Shown: one piece after another, positions 19,901 through 29,886 of the stretch
Position numbering within the stretch: position 1 is the stretch's first letter
How the letters are laid out: each line of letters begins with the position of its first letter
NCBI GenBank assembly: GCA_039649045.1
Contig: JBBWZL010000010.1
Span: 17,811-81,810, forward strand
DNA from: Verrucomicrobiota bacterium
GTDB taxonomy: Bacteria > Verrucomicrobiota > Verrucomicrobiia > Chthoniobacterales > UBA10450
Direction: 5' to 3'
Length of the DNA stretch: 64,000 bases
Notes under the pieces: model-generated
The model's database searches: none
The model's input: the letters and a program-made list of their open reading frames with translations, nothing else
What the model was told of the DNA's origin: nothing
Made by a program: the position numbers and the translations under genes

Positions 19901-21172
19901 TCATCCGATACTGATTTTGGTGATACGATCGTCAGGTACACCTTCGACTTTGGTGACGGCACTCCGGTCGTCACCCAAGGAGCGCCTGCAGTTAATCATA
20001 CCTATGCCAATGCCGGTACTTTCACAGCCACTCTCGTCGTGACCGATTCACGTGGAGTGAGAAGCCAAAATACTGCCCAGCAAATAATCACAGTAACGCA
20101 AGGTAACGCTTCACCTACGCCCACGGCCACAGCAACGGCTACCCCAACCGCGACACCGACAGCTACAGCTACAGCGACGCCCACTGCTACAGCAACCGCC
20201 ACGGCAAGTCCGACGGCAACGCCCACTGCTACAGCAACCGCCACGGCAAGCCCGACGGCGACGCCCACTGCTACAGCGACCGCCACGGCAAGTCCGACGG
20301 CGACTGCAACAGCTACGCCCACAGCCACTGCTACAGCGACGCCGACAGCGACGCCGACAGCGACACCCACGGCCCCCCCTACGGCCACGCCCACTAACGT
20401 TCAGCTCTTGAACATTTCGGGCCGTGTCTTTGCCCAGACGGGGGATAAGGTCGGCATCGGCGGTTTTATTGTCACTGGTTCCGGAACAAAGCGCGTTATG
20501 GCGCGCGCCATTGGTCCCTCGATGAAAGTCAATGGGGCGCCAGTTCAAGGCCGGATCCTGGATCCCTACCTTGAGCTCCACGACAGCAGTGGAGGCATCA
20601 TTATCAACAATGATTGGCGCAGCGACCAGCAAGACGAAATTATCCAGACTGGGCTGGCGCCCACCGATGACCGCGAGTCAGCCATCGTGAAGAGGCTGCC
20701 GGCGGGCAATTACACCGCCTTCATCCGCGCCGCCGATGGCACCCCGGGTATCGGATTAGTAGAGTTATACGACCTTGACACCACGGATCCGGGAGAGCTC
20801 GGCAATCTGTCTGTGCGCGCGGATGTCCGCACTGATGACAATGTCCTCATCGATGGCTTGATTCTGCGGGGCGGCAATCCGAAACGCGTTCTGTTCCGAG
20901 CCCTTGGTCCTTCGATCACGACGCCGCCTGGGACCCTGCAAAACCCGATGATGTCACTCTACAATGCCCAGGGAACGCTTCTGCGCGCCAACGACGATTG
21001 GGGACAAGCCACCAATGCCAGTGAGATCCAGATGACAGGCCTTGCGCCACCTAACAATAAAGAGCCGGCAATCCTCTTGAGCTTAACAGCCGGGAACTAC
21101 ACCTGCGTCGTGGAAGGTGTAGGTCGAACGACCGGAATTGCTGTCGAGGAAGTCTACAAGCTCGATAACTAA
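16958..21172 (+). CDS. giant secreted BNR/Asp-box (sialidase-fold-like) + PKD protein with (TATP)n linker and tandem C-terminal module
   Basis: N-terminal signal anchor. Asp-box motifs (KSIDKGATF, KSTDAGKTF, KSTDGGATW, SANEGATW). PKD domain (..[42 protein letters not shown]). ~95-aa Thr/Ala/Pro linker. Two copies of a ~115-aa C-terminal module. Confidence 0.8.
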   Translation: MKKNHVSESGLLNPRVFVAFIFCLTGITLAFFSFASTPPNAIPPGASGPASADGPAAPTVLGFSNPIQMIRPLSPAFFQQGGEPEIKVDVWGNIYLTAIQGTPGGVDLWKSIDKGATFVYLGQPDGAQDKCASIPQCAGFGGGDDSIDVSSGGYLYVSSLFGVQATLSVTMSVSMDGGTGGVQEGQAWTVNPASAGIPVNDRQWVAAYGPQTVYMIFDQAPANTGVWFTKSTDAGKTFSAPKMLTAVGSISRENNLVVDQYNGNLYATYMPVSTLNRLNLLKSTDGGATWTNTPIYTGPAGTSVHNAFPILAVDRGGNVHLVFTQSGGTPTARTNAHVFLMSSANEGATWSAPVQVDSGANTQSTVMPYIVAGSPGVVDITWYGSSSTSPDAAPFDWHVFFAQTTNALAASPTFTQVLVSPTQVHDDAICSAGGGCAGTTRHMLEYYTMTLDNEGFANIAFVDGLNNCPVATCKSNAWYAKQTGGQSAYMPPAAPAAATFSNLTLPGSDGAAEPSVAVDSHNCIYGASNGNPFFWASENNGLSFRNTTVPPALGGGDSDLATIPKPDGSRNDSLYYTDLLLADVDIFKSLDRGVTWAGTTEAYGHLNASSDRQWIIGHRFGTGSANQVLYEMDHELVSEEIRFAASVNDSAWSLPASGITEPEMILPPNSTFPNTNPGPVFVDVPRNMVYGVFTAATIKTNRDRPPFGKLPNVWAAFGPGSTTAGVPPGPFVNRAVFRGLFDSPTTAPTPPPGTQTFGSNAANDFPSATIDNAGNIYVVWATQNARTNQFSVWFASSHDHGQNFYGPFEVAKFPAPLIGSAEMPWIAAGDNGRVAIVYYQTNEAGDPNSTNLHWNTMFAQSLNANSREPVFTVSQVSDHVMHFGPICNLGLLCATGTRVLLDFFEVAIGPDGLANIIFADTGNANSPVHTTYARQLSGPVSLTNPTFPICSEAPNNPPTAVLTAMPTSGSVPLTVAFDGSHSSDTDFGDTIVRYTFDFGDGTPVVTQGAPAVNHTYANAGTFTATLVVTDSRGVRSQNTAQQIITVTQGNASPTPTATATATPTATPTATATATPTATATATASPTATPTATATATASPTATPTATATATASPTATATATPTATATATPTATPTATPTAPPTATPTNVQLLNISGRVFAQTGDKVGIGGFIVTGSGTKRVMARAIGPSMKVNGAPVQGRILDPYLELHDSSGGIIINNDWRSDQQDEIIQTGLAPTDDRESAIVKRLPAGNYTAFIRAADGTPGIGLVELYDLDTTDPGELGNLSVRADVRTDDNVLIDGLILRGGNPKRVLFRALGPSITTPPGTLQNPMMSLYNAQGTLLRANDDWGQATNASEIQMTGLAPPNNKEPAILLSLTAGNYTCVVEGVGRTTGIAVEEVYKLDN

Positions 21173-21286
21173 GGCTTTAATCGCGTATGTGAATACTACG
21201 TTTAGCGAAGGCAGAAACGCAGTGTGCAGAGAGTTTCGGGATCGGAGCTATACCGCTTCGAAGCCACCTTGTTCTCACTAAGCAAT

Positions 21287-24200
21287 ATGAAACCATCATC
21301 GCTCCGCTCCTATTTCTTTCCCCTATTTCTAATCGCGACCGTCGTTGCATTTCCAGTTTTGCGCGTTTCAGCGCAGAATCCATGCGTAGCGCCCGGCATC
21401 ACGATCCTGACTGACCCGACTGGGGATGCGGCCGTTCAGGGCGTAAAAGATCCGGAGCCAGGCCGCGACGTCCAAAGCCTTTCAGTGGCTGAACCAAGCA
21501 GCATTGGGGCGGGTAAGATTCTGTTCACACTGAAGGTAGCGAGCCTCGGTTCTGTTCCGCCTGATACTTACTGGCCAGTGCAGTTCAAGGTCGGCGCAAC
21601 CAATTACGTTGCGCGAATGAGTACTGTTCCGCCTGCTTCGCCGGCGGCTCCGCAGTTTCAATACTATCAAGGAACGTACAACACCATCGCGCTCCCCCTT
21701 ACGGCTGATCCTTCCAGTACCTTCAGTGCCGATGGCACGATCAAGATCGTCGTGCCAAGAAGCGGTGTGGGCAATCCCGCCGTCGGAGCAAATTTGACTG
21801 AGTTCCTCGTGCGGATCGCGATTTTCGGCGGAGGTATCTTCGTTACTCCCGACAATATGCCTGACAGCCTGACGGCCTCGGGCACTTACGCCGTAGTGGG
21901 CAGTGAGAGCTGCGGAGGCATTACCCCAAGTCCAACGCCCACGCCCAGTCCCACGGCGACTCCCAGCGGAGCTGGTCGCCCCCGGATGTTCAATTACGAA
22001 GCTCCCCTGGGTATGGCGGAAAGCGCCGGCGAACCATCGATCGGAGTGAACTGGACAACGGAGCGATCCTTCTTCAACAGTCTCTTTACGACGCCCAATG
22101 GCGGCACTTCGATGTATTTCGGCGGTTTCATGACCGCGGCTCTCAAGGTTACGTTTAGCGATTGCTCTTCGCCGGCGACGGTGATTTGGGACCAAAAGGC
22201 GCTGACTACTCCCAATGCGCCGCGCGTTTTTGGCGACCCGATTCTTTTCACCGACGCCACGCTCGGCCGCACCTTCGTGTGCCAGCTCCTGGGCCTGACC
22301 CCGGCGGGCAGCACGGTCGATGTCACCGACAACGACGGCGATACGTTTCTTCCCAGCGAAGGATCGAGCCTGCCCTCGGATATCGACCATGAGACCTTAG
22401 GCGGTGGACCGGCCCATTCACCGTTGGATACAGTTTTCAACGCGCTGCCTTACAAGCACCCGGTTTACTACTCGTCCCAGAGTATCAGCGAAGCGAGAGC
22501 GGCGCGAAGCGACGATGGCGGCTTCACCTTCGGCCCGGGCACGTTGATGTACACCGCGGCGGATTGCTCGGGCTTACATGGTCATACCAAGGTGGCACCT
22601 GATGGGACAGTCTACATCCCTAACAATGGCTGCGGAGGCGCGGATGTTCTGAACCATTCCGATGGCCAGCAGGCGGTGATCGTGTCGGAAGATAACGGAG
22701 TTACCTGGAGTATCCGCAAAGTGCCGGGATCAACCACCAAAGGCGATGATGACGCAGCGGTGGGCGTATCGATAAATGTCGATCCCGTGACTCAGAAGGA
22801 AGTCATTTATCTGGGAATGCAATCGGCGGACGGCCATCCCCGCATCGCCGTTTCGAAGAACAAAGGTGTGACCTGGTCCGTTCCCTACGACGTGGGTGCT
22901 GTAGTCGTGAATGGCAATCCAGTCGTCAACTGTGTATTTCCGGAAGTGGTCGCAGGGGATTTCGATCGGGCTGCCTTTGCTTTCTTTGGCACCGAGACAG
23001 CGGGGGCCTACGATTCTGCAAATTTTTCCGGCGTCTGGTATCTTTACCTCGCCACTACCTTTGACGGTGGAACAACGTGGACGACGGAGAACATTACCGC
23101 GGGCGATCCGATTCAGCGTGGTGGAGTTTGCGCAGGCGGTCTCTGCCGTAACTTGCTCGATTTTTTTGACATAACAATCGACAAAGAAGGACGTATCCTA
23201 GTCGGCGGAGAAGACGGTTGCATCGGAAATTGCTCGAATGGTCCTCCGAATTCCTTCACTGCCAAAGCCCTTATTTCTCGCCAATCGGGCGGCAAACGGC
23301 TCCTCAAGCTATATGACCCAACGGAACCAGCGTTAGCCGGCGCGCCCCGCGTGAGTGGGTTCTTCAACCCTTATACCACGGCCAACCTATTCTGGCCGGC
23401 GCCGGACAACGGCGGGTCGGTTATTACCAATTATAACATTTACCGCAACACTGGCTCCGGTTTCGCGCTTTATGCCAGCGTGCCACAGCCCGGCTTTATC
23501 GATACCGGCTCCGGCGCGAACGTTCGTTATCGTGTTACAGCGGTGAACGGACGAGGGGAAGGCCCGTTCTGCCAGGAGTTCCTACCGGTAGCGGCGCCTC
23601 CTCCGAAAGCGTGCGTGTTGCCCGGCATCCTGACGGTTAACGATGTCCTAACCAGCGGCGTGAATAACGATTTCGGCGCCAATCAACCGCCGGAGCCCAG
23701 TGTCAACATCCGCAATCTCTTTATCGCGGAACCTCAAACCGGCAAACTCGTCTTCACCATTAACGTAGGAGCGTCTCCGACCGGTACCCCACCGCCGCAA
23801 AGTCAATGGTACATTATTTGGAACAAGCTTGCCGCCATCCCTAACTTCGACCGCAATTGGGTGGGAATGAAAACCAGCCAGACCGGTGCCATCACTTTCG
23901 AGTATGGCAATTTCGGCGTGGCGCTTGACCCGCTCAATCCGAACACGAACGCGAACATGGCCGTCAAAGTAGGCGACGCTGACAGCGGCAGCTACAACCC
24001 CGCGACGGGCGAAATCCGGATTACGGTCTCCAACAGCAAGCTGGAGAATATCCAGGTAGGGCAATCGATGACCGGGATAATAGTACGGACGTTTCTGGCC
24101 AAGGATCCAAACCAGGCAAAGGCGGTCCAGAGCGCAAGCGACACGACTGACCCCAGCCATTACGATCTGGTCGGTACTGCTCCGTGTCTTGTTAATACAG

Positions 24201-25489
24201 CGCCAGTTGCGGTGTTGACCGCGACGCCGACCTCCGGCGCAGCGCCGCTCAATGTCAAATTCGACGGCACCGGCTCGTCCGACCCTGATTTTAGCGACAC
24301 GCTCGTAAGTTACACATTCAAGTTTGGCGACGGCACTCCTGACGTCACGCAGGGATCGCCTGTGGTTAATCACACCTATACTAGCGGCGGAACTTACACC
24401 GCGCGGCTGGTTGTGACTGATTCACGTGGAGCGATGAGCCAAAACCCTGCCGAGCAAGTAATCACTGTAACACAAACAAACCCATCGCCCACGCCGACAG
24501 CTACTGCCACTCCTACCGCGACGCCAACGGCGAGCCCCACTGCTACGCCAACGGCGACACCCACTGCTACGCCTACCGCAACACCGACCGCAACTCCAAC
24601 AGCGACGCCTACCGCTACACCCACAGCGACGCCTACGGCTACGCCGACCGCAACGCCTACCGCCACACCCACAGCGACGCCTACTGCCACGCCGACCGCC
24701 TCTCCGGTTAACGTTCAGCTGGTTAATATATCGGGCCGCGTCTTCGCCCAGACCGCCGATAAGGTCGGAATCGGCGGCTTCATTGTGACCGGTCCCGGGA
24801 CCAAGCGCGTGATGGCGCGTGCCATAGGCCCGTCGATGAAAGTCAATGGGACCCCAGTTCCTGGCCGGATCCAAAATCCCTACCTCGAGCTCCACGACAG
24901 CAACGGAAGTCCACCGATTATTAATGATGACTGGCGCTCCGACCAGCAGGACGAGATTATCGAGACCGGTCTTGCGCCCCCGGACAACCGCGAGTCGGCA
25001 ATCGTGAAACGGCTACCAGCGGGCAATTATACTGCCATTATCCGCGCCGCGGATGGCACCCCGGGCATAGGATTAGTAGAGCTATACGACCTCAGTGTCA
25101 CAGATCCGGGAGAGCTCGGCAATCTGTCTGTGCGCGCTGATGTTGGCCTCGATGATAATGTTCTCATCGATGGTTTGATCCTGCAGGGCGGCAATCCGAA
25201 ACGCGTTCTGTTCCGAGCCCTTGGTCCTTCGATCACGACGCCACCTGGGACCCTGCAAAACCCGATGATGTCACTCTACAATTCCCAGGGGACGCTCCTG
25301 CGCGCCAACGATGACTGGGGGCAGGCGACAAATGCCAGCGAAATCCAGATGACCGGCCTTGCGCCACCTAACAGTAAGGAACCGGCTATCCTCTTGAGCT
25401 TAATAGCCGGAAACTACACCTGTATCGTGGAAGGGGTAGGTCGCACGACAGGAATCGCAGTTGAGGAAGCCTACAAGCTCGATAACTAG
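21287..25489 (+). CDS. paralogous giant secreted BNR/Asp-box + FN3-like + PKD protein with (TATP)n linker and tandem C-terminal module
   Basis: Trimmed to ATG 21287 ([30 protein letters not shown]). Asp-boxes ([24 protein letters not shown]). The PKD domain, (TPTA)n linker and C-terminal ~260 aa are ~90% identical in DNA to 16958..21172. Confidence 0.8.
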   Translation: MKPSSLRSYFFPLFLIATVVAFPVLRVSAQNPCVAPGITILTDPTGDAAVQGVKDPEPGRDVQSLSVAEPSSIGAGKILFTLKVASLGSVPPDTYWPVQFKVGATNYVARMSTVPPASPAAPQFQYYQGTYNTIALPLTADPSSTFSADGTIKIVVPRSGVGNPAVGANLTEFLVRIAIFGGGIFVTPDNMPDSLTASGTYAVVGSESCGGITPSPTPTPSPTATPSGAGRPRMFNYEAPLGMAESAGEPSIGVNWTTERSFFNSLFTTPNGGTSMYFGGFMTAALKVTFSDCSSPATVIWDQKALTTPNAPRVFGDPILFTDATLGRTFVCQLLGLTPAGSTVDVTDNDGDTFLPSEGSSLPSDIDHETLGGGPAHSPLDTVFNALPYKHPVYYSSQSISEARAARSDDGGFTFGPGTLMYTAADCSGLHGHTKVAPDGTVYIPNNGCGGADVLNHSDGQQAVIVSEDNGVTWSIRKVPGSTTKGDDDAAVGVSINVDPVTQKEVIYLGMQSADGHPRIAVSKNKGVTWSVPYDVGAVVVNGNPVVNCVFPEVVAGDFDRAAFAFFGTETAGAYDSANFSGVWYLYLATTFDGGTTWTTENITAGDPIQRGGVCAGGLCRNLLDFFDITIDKEGRILVGGEDGCIGNCSNGPPNSFTAKALISRQSGGKRLLKLYDPTEPALAGAPRVSGFFNPYTTANLFWPAPDNGGSVITNYNIYRNTGSGFALYASVPQPGFIDTGSGANVRYRVTAVNGRGEGPFCQEFLPVAAPPPKACVLPGILTVNDVLTSGVNNDFGANQPPEPSVNIRNLFIAEPQTGKLVFTINVGASPTGTPPPQSQWYIIWNKLAAIPNFDRNWVGMKTSQTGAITFEYGNFGVALDPLNPNTNANMAVKVGDADSGSYNPATGEIRITVSNSKLENIQVGQSMTGIIVRTFLAKDPNQAKAVQSASDTTDPSHYDLVGTAPCLVNTAPVAVLTATPTSGAAPLNVKFDGTGSSDPDFSDTLVSYTFKFGDGTPDVTQGSPVVNHTYTSGGTYTARLVVTDSRGAMSQNPAEQVITVTQTNPSPTPTATATPTATPTASPTATPTATPTATPTATPTATPTATPTATPTATPTATPTATPTATPTATPTATPTASPVNVQLVNISGRVFAQTADKVGIGGFIVTGPGTKRVMARAIGPSMKVNGTPVPGRIQNPYLELHDSNGSPPIINDDWRSDQQDEIIETGLAPPDNRESAIVKRLPAGNYTAIIRAADGTPGIGLVELYDLSVTDPGELGNLSVRADVGLDDNVLIDGLILQGGNPKRVLFRALGPSITTPPGTLQNPMMSLYNSQGTLLRANDDWGQATNASEIQMTGLAPPNSKEPAILLSLIAGNYTCIVEGVGRTTGIAVEEAYKLDN

Positions 25490-25539
25490 ATCTCTTCGGT
25501 GGGGCGGGGCGAGAGCCGCCTCGCCCTACCGGATCGCGC

Positions 25540-26853
25540 CTACATGTGGGCGATCACGTTATCGCCGAACTCGCTGCACTTGATCTCGGTCGCGCCTTCC
25601 ATCAGGCGCGCAAAATCGTAGGTCACGCGCTTGCTGGCGATCGCCCCGTTCAGACCTTTCACAATTAGTTCCGCGGCGTCGTTCCAGCCCATGTAACGAA
25701 ACATCATCTCGCCGGAAAGGATCACCGAACCCGGATTCACTTTGTCGAGGTTCGCGTACTTCGGCGCGGTGCCGTGGGTCGCTTCGAAAACGGCGTGGCC
25801 GCTGATGTAATTGATGTTCCCACCGGGCGCGATTCCAATGCCGCCCACTTGCGCCGCGAGCGCGTCACTCAAGTAATCGCCGTTCAGGTTCAACGTCGCG
25901 ATCACGTCAAAATCTTCCGGCCGCGTCAGCACCTGTTGCAAAGTGATGTCCGCGATTGCGTCCTTGATCACGATTCCGGCGCCCGGTTTGCCCAGGGGAA
26001 TTTTGCACCACGGGCCGCCGTCGATTTCCTCCGCGCCGAAATATTGTTTCGCGATTTCGTAGCCCCAATCGCGGAACGCGCCCTCGGTGAATTTCATGAT
26101 GTTCCCCTTGTGCACCATCGTTACGCTCTTGCGCTTTTCCATGATGGCGTAACTGATCGCGCTGTGAATCAGGCGCACGCTGCCGGCGCGGCTCACCGGC
26201 TTGATCCCGACGCCCACCATGATGTCGTCGCCTTCCGGCGCGCCCACTGTTTTCCAAAAATCCGCGGCCTTTTGCTTTGTTCCGAAACGGATCTTGTCGA
26301 ACGCCTTCGGGAATTCCTTCTCCAGGAAACCGAGAATCTTCGTCGATTCTTCGCTGCCGGCCTTGTATTCGATCCCGGCATAAATGTCTTCGGTGTTCTC
26401 GCGGAAGATCACCATGTTTACTTTTTCCGGATGCTTCACGGGCGAGGGGACGCCTTCGAAATATTGCACCGGCCGGAGACAGACGAATAGATCGAGCATT
26501 TGACGCAAGGCGACATTGAGCGACGAAATGCCACCGCCCACTGGCGTGGTCAGCGGTCCTTTGATGCCGACGAGATATTCGCGAAATGCATCGACCGTGT
26601 CCTGCGGCAGCCATTCGTCGAATTTGTCCTTGGCCGCCTGGCCCGCGAAAACTTCGAACCAAACAATCTTTTTCTTTCCGCCATACGCTTTCTCCACCGC
26701 GGCATCGAGGACGCGTTCGCTTGCCGCCCAGATATCGGGCCCAGTCCCGTCTCCGCGAATGAACGGAATGACTGGCCGATCCGGTACCGTTAATCTGCCT
26801 TCTGATTTCGAAATCTTGTCGCCGGCCGGCGGGGTGAGGTCTTTGTAAGCCAT
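25540..26853 (-). CDS. icd: NADP-dependent isocitrate dehydrogenase
   Basis: 437 aa. [16 protein letters not shown] and [20 protein letters not shown] motifs. Confidence 0.9.
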   Translation of the reverse strand: MAYKDLTPPAGDKISKSEGRLTVPDRPVIPFIRGDGTGPDIWAASERVLDAAVEKAYGGKKKIVWFEVFAGQAAKDKFDEWLPQDTVDAFREYLVGIKGPLTTPVGGGISSLNVALRQMLDLFVCLRPVQYFEGVPSPVKHPEKVNMVIFRENTEDIYAGIEYKAGSEESTKILGFLEKEFPKAFDKIRFGTKQKAADFWKTVGAPEGDDIMVGVGIKPVSRAGSVRLIHSAISYAIMEKRKSVTMVHKGNIMKFTEGAFRDWGYEIAKQYFGAEEIDGGPWCKIPLGKPGAGIVIKDAIADITLQQVLTRPEDFDVIATLNLNGDYLSDALAAQVGGIGIAPGGNINYISGHAVFEATHGTAPKYANLDKVNPGSVILSGEMMFRYMGWNDAAELIVKGLNGAIASKRVTYDFARLMEGATEIKCSEFGDNVIAHM

Positions 26854-26894
26854 AGGGGGAGGAATCTAATTAGAAATTACGAAGTAGAAAGTAG

Positions 26895-27110
26895 AATGGA
26901 GCCGGCGGGAGCCGAGCGACATAGACGAAGCCCGCAGGGTGAGCGAGCGGGAGCGAGCGAATCAATGGAGCGAGCGGGACGAGCGACATAGACGGTCAGC
27001 GCGAGCGTAGCGGAGAGCGAAGCGGGAGCTTCGCGAATCAATGGAGCCGGCGGGAGCCGAGCGACATAGACGAAGCCCGAAGGGTGAGCGAGCGGGAGCG
27101 AGCGAATCAA
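26895..27110. repeat. three tandem ~70-76-bp units upstream of icd
   Basis: Units at 26895-26964, 26965-27040 and 27041-27108. Units 1 and 3 differ by about one base. All share ATGGAGC...GAGCGACATAGACG...GCGAATCA. The block is flanked on both sides by GTAGAAA heptamers in direct orientation. Confidence 0.85.
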
Positions 27111-27293
27111 AGTGGGAAGTAGAAAACGGCGGCGGAAAACGGCGAGCCGGATCTCCACGTTGCCAAACACAATCCCGCGCAACGAGGCGAATAAAGCCAC
27201 GCTGGAGAACGTCGAACAATAACTGGGCCGCAGTTTGGGAGCGGATCATGCATTGGTTCGTGCTGCGGAATCCAAAATACAGGGAGTAAACTT

Positions 27294-27731
27294 ATGAAAA
27301 TCAACATCAAACAAACTTTCGGCCTCGCCGCAGCTTCGTGCCTTGCGCTCGCCGGACAATCTTTCGCCGCACCGCCAGCTGGTCACGGCTCCGGCTTCAG
27401 CGCGCCGGGCAATTCCGCGTTTGGTCACAGCCAGGGCATGAGCCCAACGACCGGTTCGATCAATTCGAGCTACGGCCGGACGAACGCAGCCAACGCTCGC
27501 GCGAAATCCAACAGCGATGTCGAGGATCAGGACGATCAGGACCGTGCCGAGGTGAAGACGAAAAAAGTTAAGAAGACCAAATTGACGAACCCGGGCAACT
27601 CCGCTTTCGGCCGCAGCCAGCGCATCAATCATCTCAAGGGCTCGGGCAACAACATTTACGGAAAGACCACCTCCGCGAACGCCAAGATCAAGAACGCGAA
27701 CAAGAAAAACTCGCACGCAACCGATCGCTAA
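27294..27731 (+). CDS. small secreted protein with internal duplication (PGNSAFG[HR]SQ...YG[RK]T..ANA[RK])
   Basis: Signal peptide MKINIKQTFGLAAASCLALAGQSFA. Followed by a strong intrinsic terminator. Confidence 0.6.
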   Translation: MKINIKQTFGLAAASCLALAGQSFAAPPAGHGSGFSAPGNSAFGHSQGMSPTTGSINSSYGRTNAANARAKSNSDVEDQDDQDRAEVKTKKVKKTKLTNPGNSAFGRSQRINHLKGSGNNIYGKTTSANAKIKNANKKNSHATDR

Positions 27732-27757
27732 GAGCGATTGGTTGCTTGAAAACAAAA

Positions 27758-27795
27758 CTGCGGCAAGGGGGAACCCTGCCGCAGTTTTCTTTTTC
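27758..27795 (+). terminator. rho-independent terminator
   Basis: CTGCGGCA(A)GGG-GGAA-CCCTGCCGCAG gives an 11-bp stem followed by TTTTCTTTTTCC. Confidence 0.8.
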
Positions 27796-27900
27796 CAGGA
27801 TGGTTTGCCCCACAATTGGCTTGCCTTCACGCCGCCGACGAATCCATGAATCGTTCATGGCCGACAACCGATACGCGTCCTATTCGAAAACGTCCGTGCG

Positions 27901-28671
27901 ATGAAGACCAAATCCGATATCGTCGCCAACTGGCTGCCGCGTTACACCGGCACGCCTATCAAGGAGTTCTCGAAATATGTGCTGCTGGTCAACTTCACCC
28001 AGTATGTAAATCTTTTCGCGGAATGGCACGGCGTGGAGGTGCGCGGCCGCGACCGCCCGATGGCCAACGCCACCGCCGACGGCATCACCATCCTTAATTT
28101 CGGCATGGGCAGCGCCAGCGCCGCGACCGTCATGGACCTGCTCACCGCCGTTCGCCCCAAGGCTGTGCTCCTCCTCGGCAAATGCGGCGGCTTGAAGCGC
28201 AAAAACAAACTCGGCGACCTCATCCTTCCCATCGCGGCCATTCGGGGCGAGGGGACATCCACCGACTACTTCCCTCCTGAGGTGCCGGCGCTCCCGGCGT
28301 TCTCCCTCCAAAAAGCGATTTCGACCACCATCCGGAATCACGACCTCGATTACTGGACCGGCACTGTCTACACCACCAACCGCCGTGTCTGGGAGCATGA
28401 CGAGGCGTTCAAGAAATATCTCACGCGCATCCGTTGCATGGGGATCGACATGGAGACTGCCACTCTCTTCATCACCGGTTTCCATAACGAGATCCCAACC
28501 GGCGCGCTCTTGTTAGTCTCCGACCAACCAATGGTGCCCGAAGGCGTCAAGACCGCGGTCAGCGACGACATCGTGACCTCGAAGTTCATGGATCTTCATT
28601 TGCGGATCGGGATCGATTCGCTCAGCGAACTCATCAACCACGGCCAGACCGTAAAACACCTGCGGTTCTGA
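27901..28671 (+). CDS. AMP nucleosidase-like (short form, PNP_UDP_1 fold)
   Basis: LPRYTGTPIKEFSKYVLLVNFTQYVNLFA and GIDMETATLF motifs resemble the catalytic domain of Amn. Confidence 0.6.
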   Translation: MKTKSDIVANWLPRYTGTPIKEFSKYVLLVNFTQYVNLFAEWHGVEVRGRDRPMANATADGITILNFGMGSASAATVMDLLTAVRPKAVLLLGKCGGLKRKNKLGDLILPIAAIRGEGTSTDYFPPEVPALPAFSLQKAISTTIRNHDLDYWTGTVYTTNRRVWEHDEAFKKYLTRIRCMGIDMETATLFITGFHNEIPTGALLLVSDQPMVPEGVKTAVSDDIVTSKFMDLHLRIGIDSLSELINHGQTVKHLRF

Positions 28672-28684
28672 GGGGCGAAGAAGA

Positions 28685-28771
28685 GCTGAAACGCTGAAAA
28701 ACTGAAAAGCGAAAATATGCGAAAGTGCTCATTTCAGCGTTTCTGAATCTCAGTGTTTTAGCATTTTTTCA
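28685..28771. repeat. octamer word hairpin (GCTGAAAC/GCTGAAAA...; complement arm TTTCAGCG...)
   Basis: Left arm 28685-28716 (4 units), 14-nt spacer, right arm 28731-28771 in inverse orientation. Complementarity is imperfect. Lies directly after the stop at 28671. Confidence 0.8.
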
Positions 28772-28816
28772 GAATAGGCGTGACTTGTTCCGCCATTCTC
28801 TTCACACTGGACGCCG

Positions 28817-29752
28817 ATGAAATCGCTGCCTCGCCTTGCGCTGGCTGCACTGCTCCTGGCGGCCTGCGCAGCCACTCGCGCCCAGACCATTGCCGACTTG
28901 CCGGACGACAAATTCAAATTAGTCGTCGATAAGACCCAGCTTTACACCCAGGCGATCAACGCCACCCGCGCCGTCCAGAAGTCCTACGATCGCTACGCCT
29001 CATGGGTCGACGTCAAGGTTGGACCTACCGGCAAAGAGAAGTCGATCGATTCCGGCGTGCCCGATATCAGCGGCGCACTCCCGGAGATTGTGGAGGCGGG
29101 AAAAAAAGGGGCCGGGATGTGGCCGCCGTTGCCGAGCGTTGACGCCACGGCGCAAAAACTGGTGGAGGCGACAACCGCTCTCGCGCCGGTGGTGAAGAGC
29201 GCCTCCGATTATTACGCGCAACGCCAATACAAAAGCGACGGCGCCAAACGCGGCCAGGAGCTGCATGGGCAGATGGTGCCGCTCTTCGAGCAATTCTTCG
29301 CGAGCGAGCTGGCGTTGCGGCGGGAGTTGAGCGCAGTCCGGGAAGATATCGAGCGAAGGAACCTGGCGCAGATCGAGAAAGAGCACGGCAAAAACTACGA
29401 ATGGCATCTGCGCGGCTTCCTCGTCGCAGCAAGGCCGCTGGCCGACTTGCTGCCGAATAACGCCGCCGCGGCCATGATCGAGGCCGGGCGCTACCGGGCG
29501 CGCTTCGCTAAACTTCAGGCGGCCTACTCTCTATTTACTCAATACTGTGTCGAGCACCCGGCCGAAGTGCCGAAGGCAATGCTCGCCACTTCGCTCGAAG
29601 ATTTCTTTGCCGCCACCCGGGTTCTCCTTGGCGTCTTAGCCGCGCCCAAGCCCGACCGGGTGGTTTACCTCGCCAAGGTGAGCGATCTCGCCGCGAAGTA
29701 CGATGCTTTGGTCGAGCGGACCACGTTGCCGACGCCGACGGCGTCGCGGTAA
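28817..29752 (+). CDS. secreted hypothetical protein (possibly DUF3829/YiiG-like)
   Basis: Signal peptide MKSLPRLALAALLLAACAATRAQ. The domain call is a weak recollection only. Confidence 0.5.
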   Translation: MKSLPRLALAALLLAACAATRAQTIADLPDDKFKLVVDKTQLYTQAINATRAVQKSYDRYASWVDVKVGPTGKEKSIDSGVPDISGALPEIVEAGKKGAGMWPPLPSVDATAQKLVEATTALAPVVKSASDYYAQRQYKSDGAKRGQELHGQMVPLFEQFFASELALRRELSAVREDIERRNLAQIEKEHGKNYEWHLRGFLVAARPLADLLPNNAAAAMIEAGRYRARFAKLQAAYSLFTQYCVEHPAEVPKAMLATSLEDFFAATRVLLGVLAAPKPDRVVYLAKVSDLAAKYDALVERTTLPTPTASR

Positions 29753-29886
29753 ATCTGTTCACTCCTTGCTCCTGAACTCCCGCTCCCAAATTGCGCTTTG
29801 GAAATGTCCTCTGCGAATGAAGCCAAGCTTCGAAGTGGATGCGCGCATTCCCAAGTGCAACTTGGGAACGAGGAGACTACTAACCT

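Noticed and set aside
20002-20394. Antisense ORFs encoding GVAVGVAV.. repeats (also 24394..24690, and the Arg/Cys-rich 20111..20632 and 24422..24895)
   Set aside because: They are the reverse-complement reading of the (TATP)n linker inside well-supported plus-strand genes. They are low-complexity with no independent signals.
25507-25526. Hairpin GGGCGAG-AGCCGC-CTCGCCC between convergent genes, as a bidirectional terminator
   Set aside because: It has only 7 bp and no flanking T/A tracts, which is too weak to call. I recorded it only as a possibility.
26895-27110. Possible CRISPR array
   Set aside because: The units are contiguous ~73-bp tandem copies with no unique spacers and no cas genes in the window. 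The repeat length is also atypical.
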